49,628 nucleotides of DNA from a phage, in the sequence record PZ721903.1; one strand, given 5' to 3'. The number at the start of each line of letters is the position of its first letter. The first letter of the stretch is position 1. The notes beneath the pieces were generated by a model. That model saw only the letters and a list, made by a program, of their open reading frames with translations, was not told where the DNA came from and did no database searches. Positions 8,892-19,600 of this stretch are shown piece by piece. A program made the position numbers and the translations under genes.

Positions 8892-9327
8892 TTATCAGAT
8901 TCGTAGATTTCAAGGCGAGATTGATGCGTGGATTAAGGCAGCTGAAAGCACGTTAGAACATGCCATTGAGATATTCGTAAGGGATGTTCACGACGCTCTT
9001 GTTAGCCGCTCCCCTGTTGATACAGGTCGATTCAAGGGTAACTGGCAGATAACTTTTAACGAAATCCCTAACCACGCATTAAACCGATACGATAAAACTG
9101 GCAGTGTCGTAAGAGGTGAGGAGCAGGCCAAAACTTATGGCATGTTCAGCCGTGGCGGCGCGATAACATCAGTTCACTTTTCAAACATGTTGATTTATGC
9201 AAACGCTCTTGAGTACGGTCATTCACAGCAAGCACCGAGCGGAGTTGTCGGTCTTGTGGCATTAAGGCTGAGATCATATATGGCTGACGCAATCAAGCAG
9301 GCAAGGAGACAGCAAAATGCACTATGA
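8884..9327 (+). CDS. HK97 gp10-like tail-component protein
   Basis: Motif SPVDTGRFKGNW typical of the HK97 gp10 family; start set at GTG 8884 (RBS ggaggg) instead of the track start at 8788, which would overlap the upstream gene by about 100 nt. Confidence 0.45.
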   Translation: MANYQIRRFQGEIDAWIKAAESTLEHAIEIFVRDVHDALVSRSPVDTGRFKGNWQITFNEIPNHALNRYDKTGSVVRGEEQAKTYGMFSRGGAITSVHFSNMLIYANALEYGHSQQAPSGVVGLVALRLRSYMADAIKQARRQQNAL

Positions 9328-9715
9328 GTTATCAGCGGCGGCGCGAGCCGCTTTTCTATCAAAGTACAGAGACTTTCCTCACTACATGGAAAACAGAAAT
9401 TTCACACCTCCTAAGGATGGCGGCATGTGGCTGAGGTTCAACTACATTGAGGGGGATACGCTTTATCTATCCATTGACAGAAAGTGTAAATCTTACATCG
9501 CAATCGTTCAGATCGGCGTAGTGTTCCCTCCAGGCTCCGGCGTTGACGAAGCAAGATTGAAGGCAAAAGAGATTGCTGATTTTTTCAAAGATGGTAAAAT
9601 GCTTAACGTTGGTTATATTTTCGAGGGTGCAATCGTGCATCAAATTGTTAAACATGAAAGCGGGTGGATGATTCCGGTTCGCTTTACAGTACGAGTAGAC
9701 ACAAAGGAGACTTAA
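9317..9715 (+). CDS. tail terminator-like protein (putative)
   Basis: 132 aa ORF immediately upstream of the major tail gene; RBS aaggaga. Confidence 0.4.
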   Translation: MHYELSAAARAAFLSKYRDFPHYMENRNFTPPKDGGMWLRFNYIEGDTLYLSIDRKCKSYIAIVQIGVVFPPGSGVDEARLKAKEIADFFKDGKMLNVGYIFEGAIVHQIVKHESGWMIPVRFTVRVDTKET

Positions 9716-9716
9716 T

Positions 9717-10385
9717 ATGCACTTACCAAATGGCGCGCAAATTTTCGTGGAAACCTCTCGCGGAGAAGAGATAGAGGCGACCGCTGTCACTAACGAAAAA
9801 AATCCTGTTGCTACAGTTGCATCTAAGGGCGACTTAGCAAAAGGCGATTACGTTATTGTAACTCAGTCAACCTGGGCCAAGATGGTCAGTCGAGTGCTAA
9901 TTGTTACTGACGCTCAGGAAACAAGCATCACTCTTGCTGGGATTGACACCTCTGATACTCTTGTTTTCCCGGCTGGCGGTACGATGAGCTTTGCAAAAAT
10001 TACTGGCTGGACTGAGATTCCTTGCGTACAGGAGATTGGTCAGGACGGCGGCGAGCAGCAGTATTATACTTATCAGTGCTTGTCAGACGATAAAGAACAG
10101 CAGATCCCAACGTTTAAATCTGCGATCTCGCTAACGTACACTTTCGCGCACGAATTTGATAACCCGATCTACCAGATTCTGCGCAAGCTGGATTCGTCTG
10201 GTCAGGTAACAGCGGTTCGAATGTACGTTCCGAAAGCGAGCGAAATGCGTATGTGGGCTGGCATCTTGTCGTTTAACGATATCCCATCCACGCAGGTTAA
10301 CGAAATGGAAACGGTGGAACTCGCCGTATCCCTGAAAGGTGACTTTACTTTCATTTCCTCCACTCTGGCATCGCCTGGTGCTTAA
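9717..10385 (+). CDS. major tail protein (putative)
   Basis: 222 aa ORF directly before the G/GT chaperone pair and tape measure; followed by hairpin 10397-10413. Confidence 0.55.
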   Translation: MHLPNGAQIFVETSRGEEIEATAVTNEKNPVATVASKGDLAKGDYVIVTQSTWAKMVSRVLIVTDAQETSITLAGIDTSDTLVFPAGGTMSFAKITGWTEIPCVQEIGQDGGEQQYYTYQCLSDDKEQQIPTFKSAISLTYTFAHEFDNPIYQILRKLDSSGQVTAVRMYVPKASEMRMWAGILSFNDIPSTQVNEMETVELAVSLKGDFTFISSTLASPGA

Positions 10386-10396
10386 ATCCTATCCAT

Positions 10397-10432
10397 AGGG
10401 GGCTTGCGCCCCCTTGTTCATTTCTGTAAAAT
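10397..10432 (+). terminator. hairpin (gggggc/gccccc) followed by TGTAAAAT -10-like box
   Basis: GC hairpin after the major tail gene, weak T-run, then ctgtaaaat; box copy 10461 and RBS follow. Confidence 0.45.
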
Positions 10433-10460
10433 CATCCTATCAACTTTATTCGATTAACTT

Positions 10461-10477
10461 TTAACAAAAAGTGCTAT
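10461..10477. promoter_or_regulatory. palindromic box copy directly upstream of the chaperone RBS
   Basis: ttaacaaaaagtgctat followed by caaCCAATCAGGAGaaacatcATG. Confidence 0.6.
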
Positions 10478-10498
10478 CAACCAATCAGGAGAAACATC

Positions 10499-10816
10499 AT
10501 GGCTAAATTCAATTTCGTGTTGGGCCAACTTCCAGACTTCAAACTTCCGGTGACATTCACCATGCCAAACGGCGAGGATGCGACTATTATTTTTACAGTA
10601 CGCCACCTTTCCAGTAAAGAAGTGCAAGATATGTATGCGAAGCAGGGCGAAATGAATGATAGCGATTTCATCACTAAGATCGCGTCAGGCTGGAATCTGG
10701 AAGAAGAATTTAACGAAGAGAATGCGCGTAAACTGGTACAGTATTATCCTTCCGCAGCGTACAACCTGACGGCAACTTACATCAAGGCGCTTGCCGGACA
10801 CCGCGCAAAAAACTAA
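10499..10816 (+). CDS. tail assembly chaperone (lambda G-like)
   Basis: 105 aa acidic protein directly upstream of the tape measure; ends with slippery heptamer A AAA AAC immediately before TAA. Confidence 0.7.
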   Translation: MAKFNFVLGQLPDFKLPVTFTMPNGEDATIIFTVRHLSSKEVQDMYAKQGEMNDSDFITKIASGWNLEEEFNEENARKLVQYYPSAAYNLTATYIKALAGHRAKN

Positions 10817-11133
10817 AAAGGGCGGTTTATCTGTTATATCAGAAACCGCCGACAGAAGAGCAATTACGATCGGTTGGCCTCAGTCTTTCTGACTATGAAG
10901 ACGAGGAACCGGAAACGATAATCGGCGATACTGAAATGGTGAAGGCGTGGAATGTTTTTACGTCAATGCTCACTCAGTGGAGAAGTTCAGGCGCTGGAGC
11001 TTATGGTCTTGACTATAATGTTTTGCCTATGTTGTTCAAAATCTATAAAATAGAAGATGAAGAACTGGCATTGCAGGACGTTAGAATCATGGAAGCGAAA
11101 GCGCTTGAAATGGTTGCTAAGCAAAACAACTAA
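10499..11133 (+). CDS. tail assembly chaperone G-T fusion via programmed -1 frameshift
   Basis: The -1 frame from the slippery site at 10807-10813 is open for 107 codons to TAA 11131-11133 ([17 protein letters not shown]...MVKAWNVF...AKQNN). Confidence 0.6.
10807..10813 (+). promoter_or_regulatory. -1 ribosomal frameshift slippery site A AAA AAC
   Basis: X XXY YYZ heptamer in the zero frame, 1 codon before the G stop; conserved G/GT arrangement of siphoviruses. Confidence 0.6.
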
Positions 11134-11156
11134 GCCGCCGTTTGGCGGTTTTTTCG
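11134..11156 (+). terminator. hairpin + T-run after the G-T ORF
   Basis: ccgccgtttggcgg followed by tttttt, immediately before the tape-measure RBS. Confidence 0.55.
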
Positions 11157-11171
11157 TATATAGGGGGTTAT

Positions 11172-14045
11172 ATGGTTGATAAGGTAGCAGGTCTGTCGCT
11201 TGACGTTGATGTGTCAACAGTGCAGCGCGCCGTCAAGTCACTGAAAGAGTTTTCAAAGGCCAACGACCAGGCCGCTGATTCTATGGGTTCTTTAATCAAT
11301 GAGTCAGAGGTTGCAAAACAGAAGGCCAAAGAACACGCTGAACAACTAAGGCGCCAGAGAAAAGAGTATGAGGCCGTGGAGAAGGCAATCGATCCTACAG
11401 TATCAAAAATGGAAAGGTTGAAGATTGCATCTCAGCAGCTTGATAAACTCTGGCAGCAGGGAGTCGTTCCAGATGAGACGTTTTTCCGTTTGGGTGAAAT
11501 GCTGGATCTGCAAAACGCAAAACTTGCTCGCAGCCGGGCTATGCTTACGGAAGAAGGTCAGGCGGCATTGCAGGAAGCGAAAGCAAAAGAGCAGGCGGCA
11601 GCACGAAGCAAGGCGTTCATGGATGCCCTGAATGGTCAAGTTAACGCGATCGGCAAGACTCATGCTGAATTGATGGAACTGAAAGCGGCTGAGCTTGGTT
11701 TATCGAAAGAAGCAGCACCACTAATCGCAAAACTTAAAGATCAAGGCCGGGCTATGAATGCAGCAGGTATTAGCGCCGGGGAATACAGGCAGGCAATGCG
11801 AATGCTTCCTGCACAGATTACCGACGTCGTTACATCTCTTGCATCCGGCATGCCAGTTTGGATGGTTGCCATCCAGCAAGGCGGTCAAATCAAGGACTCG
11901 TTCGGCGGGATCAGTAATACGTTTAAAGTGTTGCTGAGTTATATTAATCCAGTCACAGCAGGGGTTGGCGTTCTCGTTGGCTCGTTAGGTCTTCTGGCGA
12001 AAGCTGGTTATGACTCTTACAAGTCAATAACTGATATTCAGAATGCGCTTATTGAGACTGGCGGTTATGCAGGTGTTACGGCTGAAGAGCTTGATTCAGT
12101 GTCTAAAAAGATCGCACAGACAAGCAACTCAACCATTGGGAGTATTCGCGATATTGTAACGGAGTTGGCGAGTTCTGGTAAGTACACCCGCGAGCAGATC
12201 CAGAACATCACTAAGGCTACCGCAGAGTGGTCAGCGTCAACAGGAAAATCAGCAAGCCAAATTATTTCTGAGTTCGACAAAATCGCAAGCGATCCGGTAA
12301 AAGGCCTGAAGAAGTTAAACGAGCAATATAATTTCCTTGAAAAAGGGCAACTTACCTATATCGATACATTAAGCCGGACGAAAGGAGAAACTGAGGCAGT
12401 ATCAGAGGCTACCAAACTATTCGCAGACGTAATGGAAAAGCGAATGAAGTCGATCGCGGATAACGCTACTCCTCTGGAAAAGATGTGGAGCGATATTAAA
12501 CAATGGGCTTCGGACGCGTGGGGATGGGTTGGTGATCATACACTCGGGGCGCTAAACCTGATTGTCGACGTTGTTCAGGGTACAGTGATTCAGGTTAAAA
12601 TGATTCTTGCGAAGGGTGATGAGTACATCTCAAACTTTATCGCCTCAGCCATAAAGGCAACTCAGTCACTACCTGGAATGAGTGATTTCGGCGCTGATGT
12701 GCTGAAGGAGCAGGAGAACATCGTAAAAAGTTCTCGCGACAACTACGACCAGTTGGCTTCAGAGCTTGATGCTATTAACGCTCGCGTAGAAAAAGGCGAG
12801 ATGGGATACGTTGAAGCGATGAAGCAGCGTCGAACTCTTGAAAAGCAGTACAGTGAGGAAACTAGGGAGGCAATAAGGAAAGAAGCAGAAGAGATCGAGA
12901 AGCGAAACCGAGAAAGAAATAAGCAGTCGAAAATTGTACGCTCACCGACAGAGCAATTCGACAAGGAGTTAATTTCACTCAAGGCTCAACTTAAGGTATT
13001 GCAGGAGCATAAGGAGATCGGTCAAAAACTTTCCGCGCAGAGAAAGGCGCTGTTTACTACCGAGGCTACGATTGCTGTTCTTCGTGAAGCCAGCTCTAAG
13101 CGTCAGTTGTCTGCGGAAGAAAAAGCGTTGCTGGCAAGTCAGGAGAGAGTTATTGAGCTTGCGAAACAGAAGGCCGAGATTGGCGATCAGATTGTTAAGC
13201 AACAACAGTTGAATGATCTTACCGATAAATCTCTGAAGTTTGTCAATGAGATGACGGCAGCTACAGAACAGCTAAACGCGTCTCGAGGGATGAGCACCCG
13301 AGAAATGGAAAGGCAAGCTGAGTTGGCTAAGATCACTACTGATTATATTAATGCAGGTGGCAGCGAAGGAGATGAAAAACTCCAGAACATGATCAAGGCA
13401 CAAAATGATTACTATGCTGCGGAAGATGCCAAGCGTTCTGACTGGTTAGCAGGTGCTGAAAGTGCATTTGCAGATTACGGCGATTCTGCAATGGATATGT
13501 ACGGCAATGTGTATGATATCGCGTCAAGTTCACTTAACGGAATGAGTGACATGATGACCCAATTCCTGACTACAGGTAAGGCAAATTTTGAGGACTTTGC
13601 GAAAAACATCATTAGCATGATTATTAAGATGATTGCTCAAATGGTAATCTTCAATACGATCTCAGGCATGATGGGCGGTAAGACGTGGAGCTTTGCTGGA
13701 GGGGTGTCGCCTGGTGCTTCTGCGGTATCACAGGCAACTCCTACGCCTGCCGTCTCTGGTTTTAGGTCTTTATCTTCAGGCGTCGCTGTTACCTCGCTTG
13801 CTGCCGCTGCGGGTAGTGTTGCAACATCTGGATTTAACGCATCTAAATCCGCACCGAAGGCAGTGAACCAATCAGCAGGCGGGACGGTCGTTGATGTTAG
13901 GGGTATGGAGGTTAAAGTTGACAACGGTTCAGATCCGAGAGGAATTTCTCAGGGCGTAGAAATGATGTTCAAAAAAATGATTCGAGAGTCTTGTTCACAG
14001 GGCGGAGAGGTTTACAATTACATTCAGGAAAAAACAGGAGGCTAA
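11172..14045 (+). CDS. tail tape measure protein
   Basis: 957 aa, long alpha-helical/coiled-coil region, Gly/Ser-rich C-terminus; start at ATG 11172 behind RBS ggggg. Confidence 0.85.
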   Translation: MVDKVAGLSLDVDVSTVQRAVKSLKEFSKANDQAADSMGSLINESEVAKQKAKEHAEQLRRQRKEYEAVEKAIDPTVSKMERLKIASQQLDKLWQQGVVPDETFFRLGEMLDLQNAKLARSRAMLTEEGQAALQEAKAKEQAAARSKAFMDALNGQVNAIGKTHAELMELKAAELGLSKEAAPLIAKLKDQGRAMNAAGISAGEYRQAMRMLPAQITDVVTSLASGMPVWMVAIQQGGQIKDSFGGISNTFKVLLSYINPVTAGVGVLVGSLGLLAKAGYDSYKSITDIQNALIETGGYAGVTAEELDSVSKKIAQTSNSTIGSIRDIVTELASSGKYTREQIQNITKATAEWSASTGKSASQIISEFDKIASDPVKGLKKLNEQYNFLEKGQLTYIDTLSRTKGETEAVSEATKLFADVMEKRMKSIADNATPLEKMWSDIKQWASDAWGWVGDHTLGALNLIVDVVQGTVIQVKMILAKGDEYISNFIASAIKATQSLPGMSDFGADVLKEQENIVKSSRDNYDQLASELDAINARVEKGEMGYVEAMKQRRTLEKQYSEETREAIRKEAEEIEKRNRERNKQSKIVRSPTEQFDKELISLKAQLKVLQEHKEIGQKLSAQRKALFTTEATIAVLREASSKRQLSAEEKALLASQERVIELAKQKAEIGDQIVKQQQLNDLTDKSLKFVNEMTAATEQLNASRGMSTREMERQAELAKITTDYINAGGSEGDEKLQNMIKAQNDYYAAEDAKRSDWLAGAESAFADYGDSAMDMYGNVYDIASSSLNGMSDMMTQFLTTGKANFEDFAKNIISMIIKMIAQMVIFNTISGMMGGKTWSFAGGVSPGASAVSQATPTPAVSGFRSLSSGVAVTSLAAAAGSVATSGFNASKSAPKAVNQSAGGTVVDVRGMEVKVDNGSDPRGISQGVEMMFKKMIRESCSQGGEVYNYIQEKTGG

Positions 14046-14047
14046 TA

Positions 14048-14401
14048 ATGGCGACACTTGACACTTTCAGTTGGTGTACGCAGGTTCAAGGGGGCGGCGG
14101 CTCCCTTACCACTACCAACAATGACAGATCCATACAGTTTGGAAACGGCCACATGCAGCTTGCATCTTCTGGATTTAACACCACGCGACGCGAGTATTCA
14201 GTTGTCTATGCTGGGGAAGATTTCATGGCTGTTTACGACTTCTGTGATTCTCACCGCATTAAACCTTTCGCATGGACGCCGCCGGACGGGAAGATCGGAA
14301 TATGGGTTGTTAAGCCTAACAGCCTGGGCGCGAAGCCAGTATCACGCGACGTGATGGAAATTAATGTCACGTTTATGGAGCAGTTTACATCTATGGAATA
14401 G
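14048..14401 (+). CDS. minor tail protein (lambda M-like)
   Basis: Start ATG 14048 (RBS aggagg); N-terminal MATLDTFSW and size resemble lambda gpM; position after the tape measure. Confidence 0.65.
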   Translation: MATLDTFSWCTQVQGGGGSLTTTNNDRSIQFGNGHMQLASSGFNTTRREYSVVYAGEDFMAVYDFCDSHRIKPFAWTPPDGKIGIWVVKPNSLGAKPVSRDVMEINVTFMEQFTSME

Positions 14402-14416
14402 CACTTCATGACAAAA

Positions 14417-14452
14417 GCCCGCCTTGCGCGGGTTTTTTTGTAGCTGTAGAAT
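14417..14452 (+). terminator. terminator gcccgccttgcgcggg+T7 followed by TGTAGAAT box (copy 1 of duplicated module)
   Basis: Hairpin and T-run are identical to 16597-16619; followed by ctgtagaat. Confidence 0.65.
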
Positions 14453-14480
14453 GGTTGCAACTAAACAAGAGGAAAAGACA

Positions 14481-15263
14481 ATGAGCGAAAACAAAAAACT
14501 TTATGATGAAGAAAGCGGGAAGAGCCTGTTTCACAACTGCCTTCAATCACTATACCCTGGAGAGATAATCACTCTGATTGAAGTTGATGGCAGCAAGTTC
14601 GGCGCTCAGGTGTACCGTTTCCACGGGGAAAATATCCAGTACACTCCAGAAGAAATCATGCAGGCACAGCAAACCGGAACGCTACCGCCGAAAGAAATCA
14701 CCTTCCGTGGCGAGCAATACGGCGCGCGACCTTTCGGTATATCCGGGATCTCGTTCGACAGTTCCGGCAAGGCCACAAAGCCACAATTAACGGTGGCAAA
14801 CATCGATAGTCGCGTATCTGCGATGATTCGTGCATATAACGGACTAATGCAAGCTAAGGTGACTATCTGGATCACTCAAAAGGACTTAATTCAACATAAC
14901 GGCTCAATCGCTGACGGAGCTTACCGAAAACTGGTATACTATATCGAACGCCCGAGCTATGTCGATAAGAGTGTCGCCAGGTTCGATCTAACGTCTCCTT
15001 ATGATATGGATGGAATCATGATACCGTCACGACTAACTCAAAGCGTTTGCTATTGGGCGCAGAGGGGATGGTATAAAACCGGGAAGGGGTGCGGATACAA
15101 CGGGCAAAATGGTTACTTCGATAAAGACAATAATCCGGTAGACGATCCTTCGCTGGATTTTTGCCCGGGAACGGTAACGGCCTGCCGCCTGAGATTCGGC
15201 GCAAACAATGAATTGGATTTTGGCGGTTGCGCAGTCGCTTCACTACAGAGGAAAAATCAATGA
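14481..15263 (+). CDS. minor tail protein (lambda L-like) with C-terminal Cys cluster
   Basis: Start ATG 14481 (RBS aagagga); C-terminal cysteines (CYW...GCGYNG...FCPG...ACRL...GGCAV) as in the gpL Fe-S region. Confidence 0.7.
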   Translation: MSENKKLYDEESGKSLFHNCLQSLYPGEIITLIEVDGSKFGAQVYRFHGENIQYTPEEIMQAQQTGTLPPKEITFRGEQYGARPFGISGISFDSSGKATKPQLTVANIDSRVSAMIRAYNGLMQAKVTIWITQKDLIQHNGSIADGAYRKLVYYIERPSYVDKSVARFDLTSPYDMDGIMIPSRLTQSVCYWAQRGWYKTGKGCGYNGQNGYFDKDNNPVDDPSLDFCPGTVTACRLRFGANNELDFGGCAVASLQRKNQ

Positions 15264-15994
15264 TTAGTGCAAAAATTAAACTTGAAATTATGACTCACGC
15301 TCAAGAAGAATATCCTCGCGAATGCTGTGGGGTAGTCACCCAAAAGGGCCGCGTACAAAAATACCATCGCGTTGATAATGTACACCGCGATCCCGAGAAT
15401 CATTTCATGATGGATGCTGTACAATACGCTTGCATTGAGGACGATGCGGAATCAACAACAATAGCAATTGTTCACAGCCACACAGGAGACGGGGCTACAA
15501 CTCTACCAAGCGCTCACGATACGTGCATGTGCAACGAGATGGAAGTTACCTGGATTATTGTTAGCGTGCCGGAAGGGGATATGCGATTTGTGAAGCCGGA
15601 GAAATTGCCTCTGATTGGTCGTCCGTGGTCATTAGGATCATTCGACTGTTACGGTCTTGTTATGGCGTGGCACAAAGAGCACGGCGTAGAATTGCGCGAT
15701 CGCCGATTGAATTTTGAATGGTGGAAACCTGAGTACGGAATTAATCTCTATCAGGATTATTACAAGCAGGATGGCTTCGTTGAGATTCCAGATCAGAATA
15801 ATCCGTCATTCGGTGATATGGTAATCATGCAGATAGGGCAAAACGTTCCGGTATGGAACCATGCAGGGATTTACCTGGGAGATAATCAGATCTTGCATCA
15901 TGCCTTCGGCAAGCTATCTCGTCGTGATATTTATTCCGGATGGTATCAGGATCATACTGTTTTAATCGTTCGCCATAAGGATCTTAAATTATGA
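15260..15994 (+). CDS. tail tip protein (lambda K-like; JAB/MPN + NlpC/P60)
   Basis: ECCGVV...HSHTGDG JAMM-like motif and FDCYGLV...H NlpC/P60-like Cys/His; start ATG 15260. Confidence 0.75.
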   Translation: MISAKIKLEIMTHAQEEYPRECCGVVTQKGRVQKYHRVDNVHRDPENHFMMDAVQYACIEDDAESTTIAIVHSHTGDGATTLPSAHDTCMCNEMEVTWIIVSVPEGDMRFVKPEKLPLIGRPWSLGSFDCYGLVMAWHKEHGVELRDRRLNFEWWKPEYGINLYQDYYKQDGFVEIPDQNNPSFGDMVIMQIGQNVPVWNHAGIYLGDNQILHHAFGKLSRRDIYSGWYQDHTVLIVRHKDLKL

Positions 15995-16590
15995 ATGATG
16001 TAAAAGTAATTAAATTGTCAGGTTCACTTGGGAGACGCTTCGGCGTCTTTCACCGTTACGCTGTTGACTCTTACCCGGAAGCCATACGGGCGCTATCCAG
16101 TCAGGTGGACGGATTTAAAGAATACATGCAAAGCGAGGTAGGATCTCGTAGCAAGTTTTCAATATTTGTGGATGGCGTTAACGTGGGACACCATGAAGAG
16201 GAAAAATTCAAGTGCGCGAAAGAGATAAGAATCGTACCGATCCCTACTGGCTCTAAGACAGGAGGTCTATTTCAGGTTGTATTGGGCGCGGCAATAATGG
16301 TTGCAGCATTCTATACTGGCGGCGCGTCTCTGGCTTTAATGGGCACAATGTCCTCTTCTCTGTTTATGATGGGCGGCGCTATGGTGTTGGGTGGAGTGAT
16401 GCAGATGATTTCACCGCAGCCGGGAGGCGCAAACTTTGAAGTTCAATCAAGCAAGAATAAACCTTCTTACGCGTTCGGCGGTGCTGTCAATACGACGGCG
16501 GCTGGATACCCTCTCCCGGTCCCGTATGGATATCGCGCCGGAGGTGGCGCAACTTTCTCAGCAGGTTCTTATGCCGAGGATATGAGTTAA
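15991..16590 (+). CDS. tail assembly protein (lambda I-like)
   Basis: 199 aa, Gly/Ala/Met-rich hydrophobic C-terminal half; position between K-like and J-like genes. Confidence 0.65.
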   Translation: MNDVKVIKLSGSLGRRFGVFHRYAVDSYPEAIRALSSQVDGFKEYMQSEVGSRSKFSIFVDGVNVGHHEEEKFKCAKEIRIVPIPTGSKTGGLFQVVLGAAIMVAAFYTGGASLALMGTMSSSLFMMGGAMVLGGVMQMISPQPGGANFEVQSSKNKPSYAFGGAVNTTAAGYPLPVPYGYRAGGGATFSAGSYAEDMS

Positions 16591-16596
16591 AATTAA

Positions 16597-16630
16597 CCCG
16601 CCTTGCGCGGGTTTTTTTTCGCCTGTATAA
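16597..16630 (+). terminator. terminator cccgccttgcgcggg+T8 followed by TGTATAAT box (copy 2)
   Basis: Same hairpin as 14417; followed by cctgtataat upstream of the J-like gene. Confidence 0.65.
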
Positions 16631-16667
16631 TGAGTCCACCGATAAATAGCACAAAAAGGTAAACATC

Positions 16668-19600
16668 ATGATTCAAAAAGTGATAAGTGGATCTAAAGGC
16701 GGCTCGCCTAAGCCTCATAATCCAGTTGAGATGGAAGACAATCTAATCTCAATCAACAAAATCAAGATCCTGTTAGCTGTATCTGATGGTGAAATTGACG
16801 AAACATTCAGCCTGAAGCAGTTGATGTTTAACTCAGTCCCGGTGCAAAACGAGGATGGATCGTTCAACTTCGAAGGGGTAAAGGCTGAGTTCAGGCCGGG
16901 AACTCAGACGCAGGAATACATCAAGGGCATGGAGGATAGTTCCAGCGAGGTAACTGTAAATCGTGAGGTTACTACCGATAACCCATACACGATCTCAGTG
17001 ACCAATAAAACACTATCGGCAATACGCATCAAAATGTTCATGCCTCGCGGCGTACGAATTGAAAGTAACGGTGATAAAAATGGCGTAAGAGTTGAGTATG
17101 AGGTGCAACAAGCTGTTGATGGCGGTTCGTTTGAGACTGTTCTTACTGACGTAATTGAAGGCAAAACAATGTCAGGTTACGACAGAAGTCGACGTGTAAA
17201 CCTGCCTAGCTTTAACAACCAGGTAATATTCAGAGTTGTTCGAAAGACTCCAGACTCTAACGACTCTAACGTTGTTGATGCGATCCAGGTAAAGAGCTAT
17301 GCCGAGGTGATTGATGCCAAATTCCGTTACCCTCTGACAGGTCTTCTTTTCGTCGAGTTCGACTCGAAGATGTTCCCAAACCAGTTACCTACGATCTCAA
17401 TTCGTAAGCGCTGGAAGATTGTAAGCGTTCCGTCGAACTACGACCCAGAATCGCGAACATACAACGGCAATTGGGATGGCACTTTCAAAAAAGCATGGAC
17501 GAACAATCCGGCGTGGGTTCTTTATGACCTGATGATTAATCAGCGTTACGGCTTGGATCAGAAAGAGCTTGGTATCGCTGTCGATAAATGGGCGCTCTAC
17601 GAGGCTGCGCAATATTGCGATCAGATGGTTCCTGATGGGAAGGGCGGGACGGAACCTCGATACCTTTGCGACGTGATAATCCAGTCTCAGACTGACGCTT
17701 ACAAGGTTATTCGAGATATTTGCTCAATCTTTCGAGGTATGAGCTTTTGGAATGGCGAAAGCATTTCGGTAATCATCGATAGGCCGCGTGAGCCTGCGTA
17801 CATCTTCACTAACGACAACGTGGTTAATGGTGACTTCTCCTACACGTTTGCAAGCGAAAAGAGCATGTACACGACGTGTAATGTGATGTTTGACGACGAG
17901 CAAAACATGTATCAGCAGGACGTTGAGCCAGTATTCGATCGTGAGGCTACTCTACGGTTCGGGAACAACGTAACGAGCATTACAGCGATCGGCTGCACAC
18001 GTCGAAGCGAGGCCAACCGACGCGGGAGATGGATTCTGAAAACTAACCTCCGCAGCACTACGGTAAACTTCGCTACCGGACTTGAGGGTATGATTCCGAC
18101 AATCGGAGATGTTGTGGCAATAGCTGATAACTTCTGGTCAAGTAACTTGACGATGAACCTATCAGGGCGCTTGCTCGAAGTATCCGGTAGTCAGATTTTC
18201 TTGCCGCTCCGGGTGGATGCACGCGCGGGTGACTTTATTATCGTAAATAAGCCAGATGGCAAGCCCGTGAAGCGCACAATATCAAGTGTTAGTGCGGATG
18301 GTAAGACTATAGAGGTTAACATTGGCTTTGGCTTTCCTGTGAAGCCTAACACGGTATTCGCTATCGACCGCACCGACATTGCGTTACAGCAGTACGTCGT
18401 GACAAAAATCGATAAGGGCGATGATGATGAGGAATTTACCTACAAAATAACGGCGGTGGAGTACGATCCTAACAAGTACGATGAGATTGATTACGGAGTT
18501 AATATCGACGACCGACCGACGAGCATCGTTGAACCAGATCAGATCCCTAGACCGGAAAACGTGCAAGTGTCCTCAGAGTCACGAATCGTCCAGGGGATGA
18601 GCGTAGAAACGATGATTGTTAGCTGGGATAAAGTGCCGTACGCAGTTTTCTATGACGTCCAGTGGCGAAAGGATAACGGCAACTGGCAAAATGTACCGCA
18701 GACAGCAAACAAAGAGGTATACGTTGAAGGTATTTACGCTGGCAACTATCAGGTTCGCGTTCGCTCCGTAGCTGGTTCCGGTACGACTTCAGGATGGTCA
18801 AATGTCGTAGCTGCGACGCTGACGGGCAAACAAGGTGAGCCGGGTGGACCGATTAACCTTACAGCTACGGATGATGTTGTTTTTGGTATCCGTACAAAAT
18901 GGGGGTTCTCTGATGGTTCTGGAGATACGGCCTATACAGAGTTGCAACAGTCACCAGATGGAACAGTGGATAACGCAAGTTTGCTTTCTTTGATTCCGTA
19001 CCCGCAGCATGAGTATTATCACTCACCGATGCCTGGAGGGAATATTGTTTGGTATCGTGTAAGGACGGTTGATAGGATCGGTAACGTGTCTCAGTGGACT
19101 GATTTTGTCAGAGGTATGGCATCAACAAACGTTGACGATATCATTGGGGAGATTTCTGTCGATATCGAAAACTCGCCGGGTTACGAGTGGCTTGTTGATA
19201 ACGCAACCGACAACGCGGCGCAGAACGCAGCTAACGCAGAGGCAGCAATAGAAAACGCGCTCGCCAATGACAAAGACGCGATCTACATGAAGAAGGAGAA
19301 CGGAAAACGAAAAGCTGAGTACACGAAATCACTGAAACTTATTGCTGATGAGACGCAGGCGCGAGTGACGGCGATCGAGCAATTGAAGGCAAGTTTTGGC
19401 GATCAGATTAGCGCTAGCAACAGCGAATTGCGTGAAGTTATCGCAACTGAGACTGGAGCGCTATCGCGTGAAATTGACCAACTCAGGGCAGAGATTGGTG
19501 ATGATATCCAGGCAAGTTTGACCGATATCAGAGAGGCTATAGCAAACGAGACTGAGGCGAGAACGCAAGCTGACTTGTCGTTAAGCGCGAGGCTTGGGAA

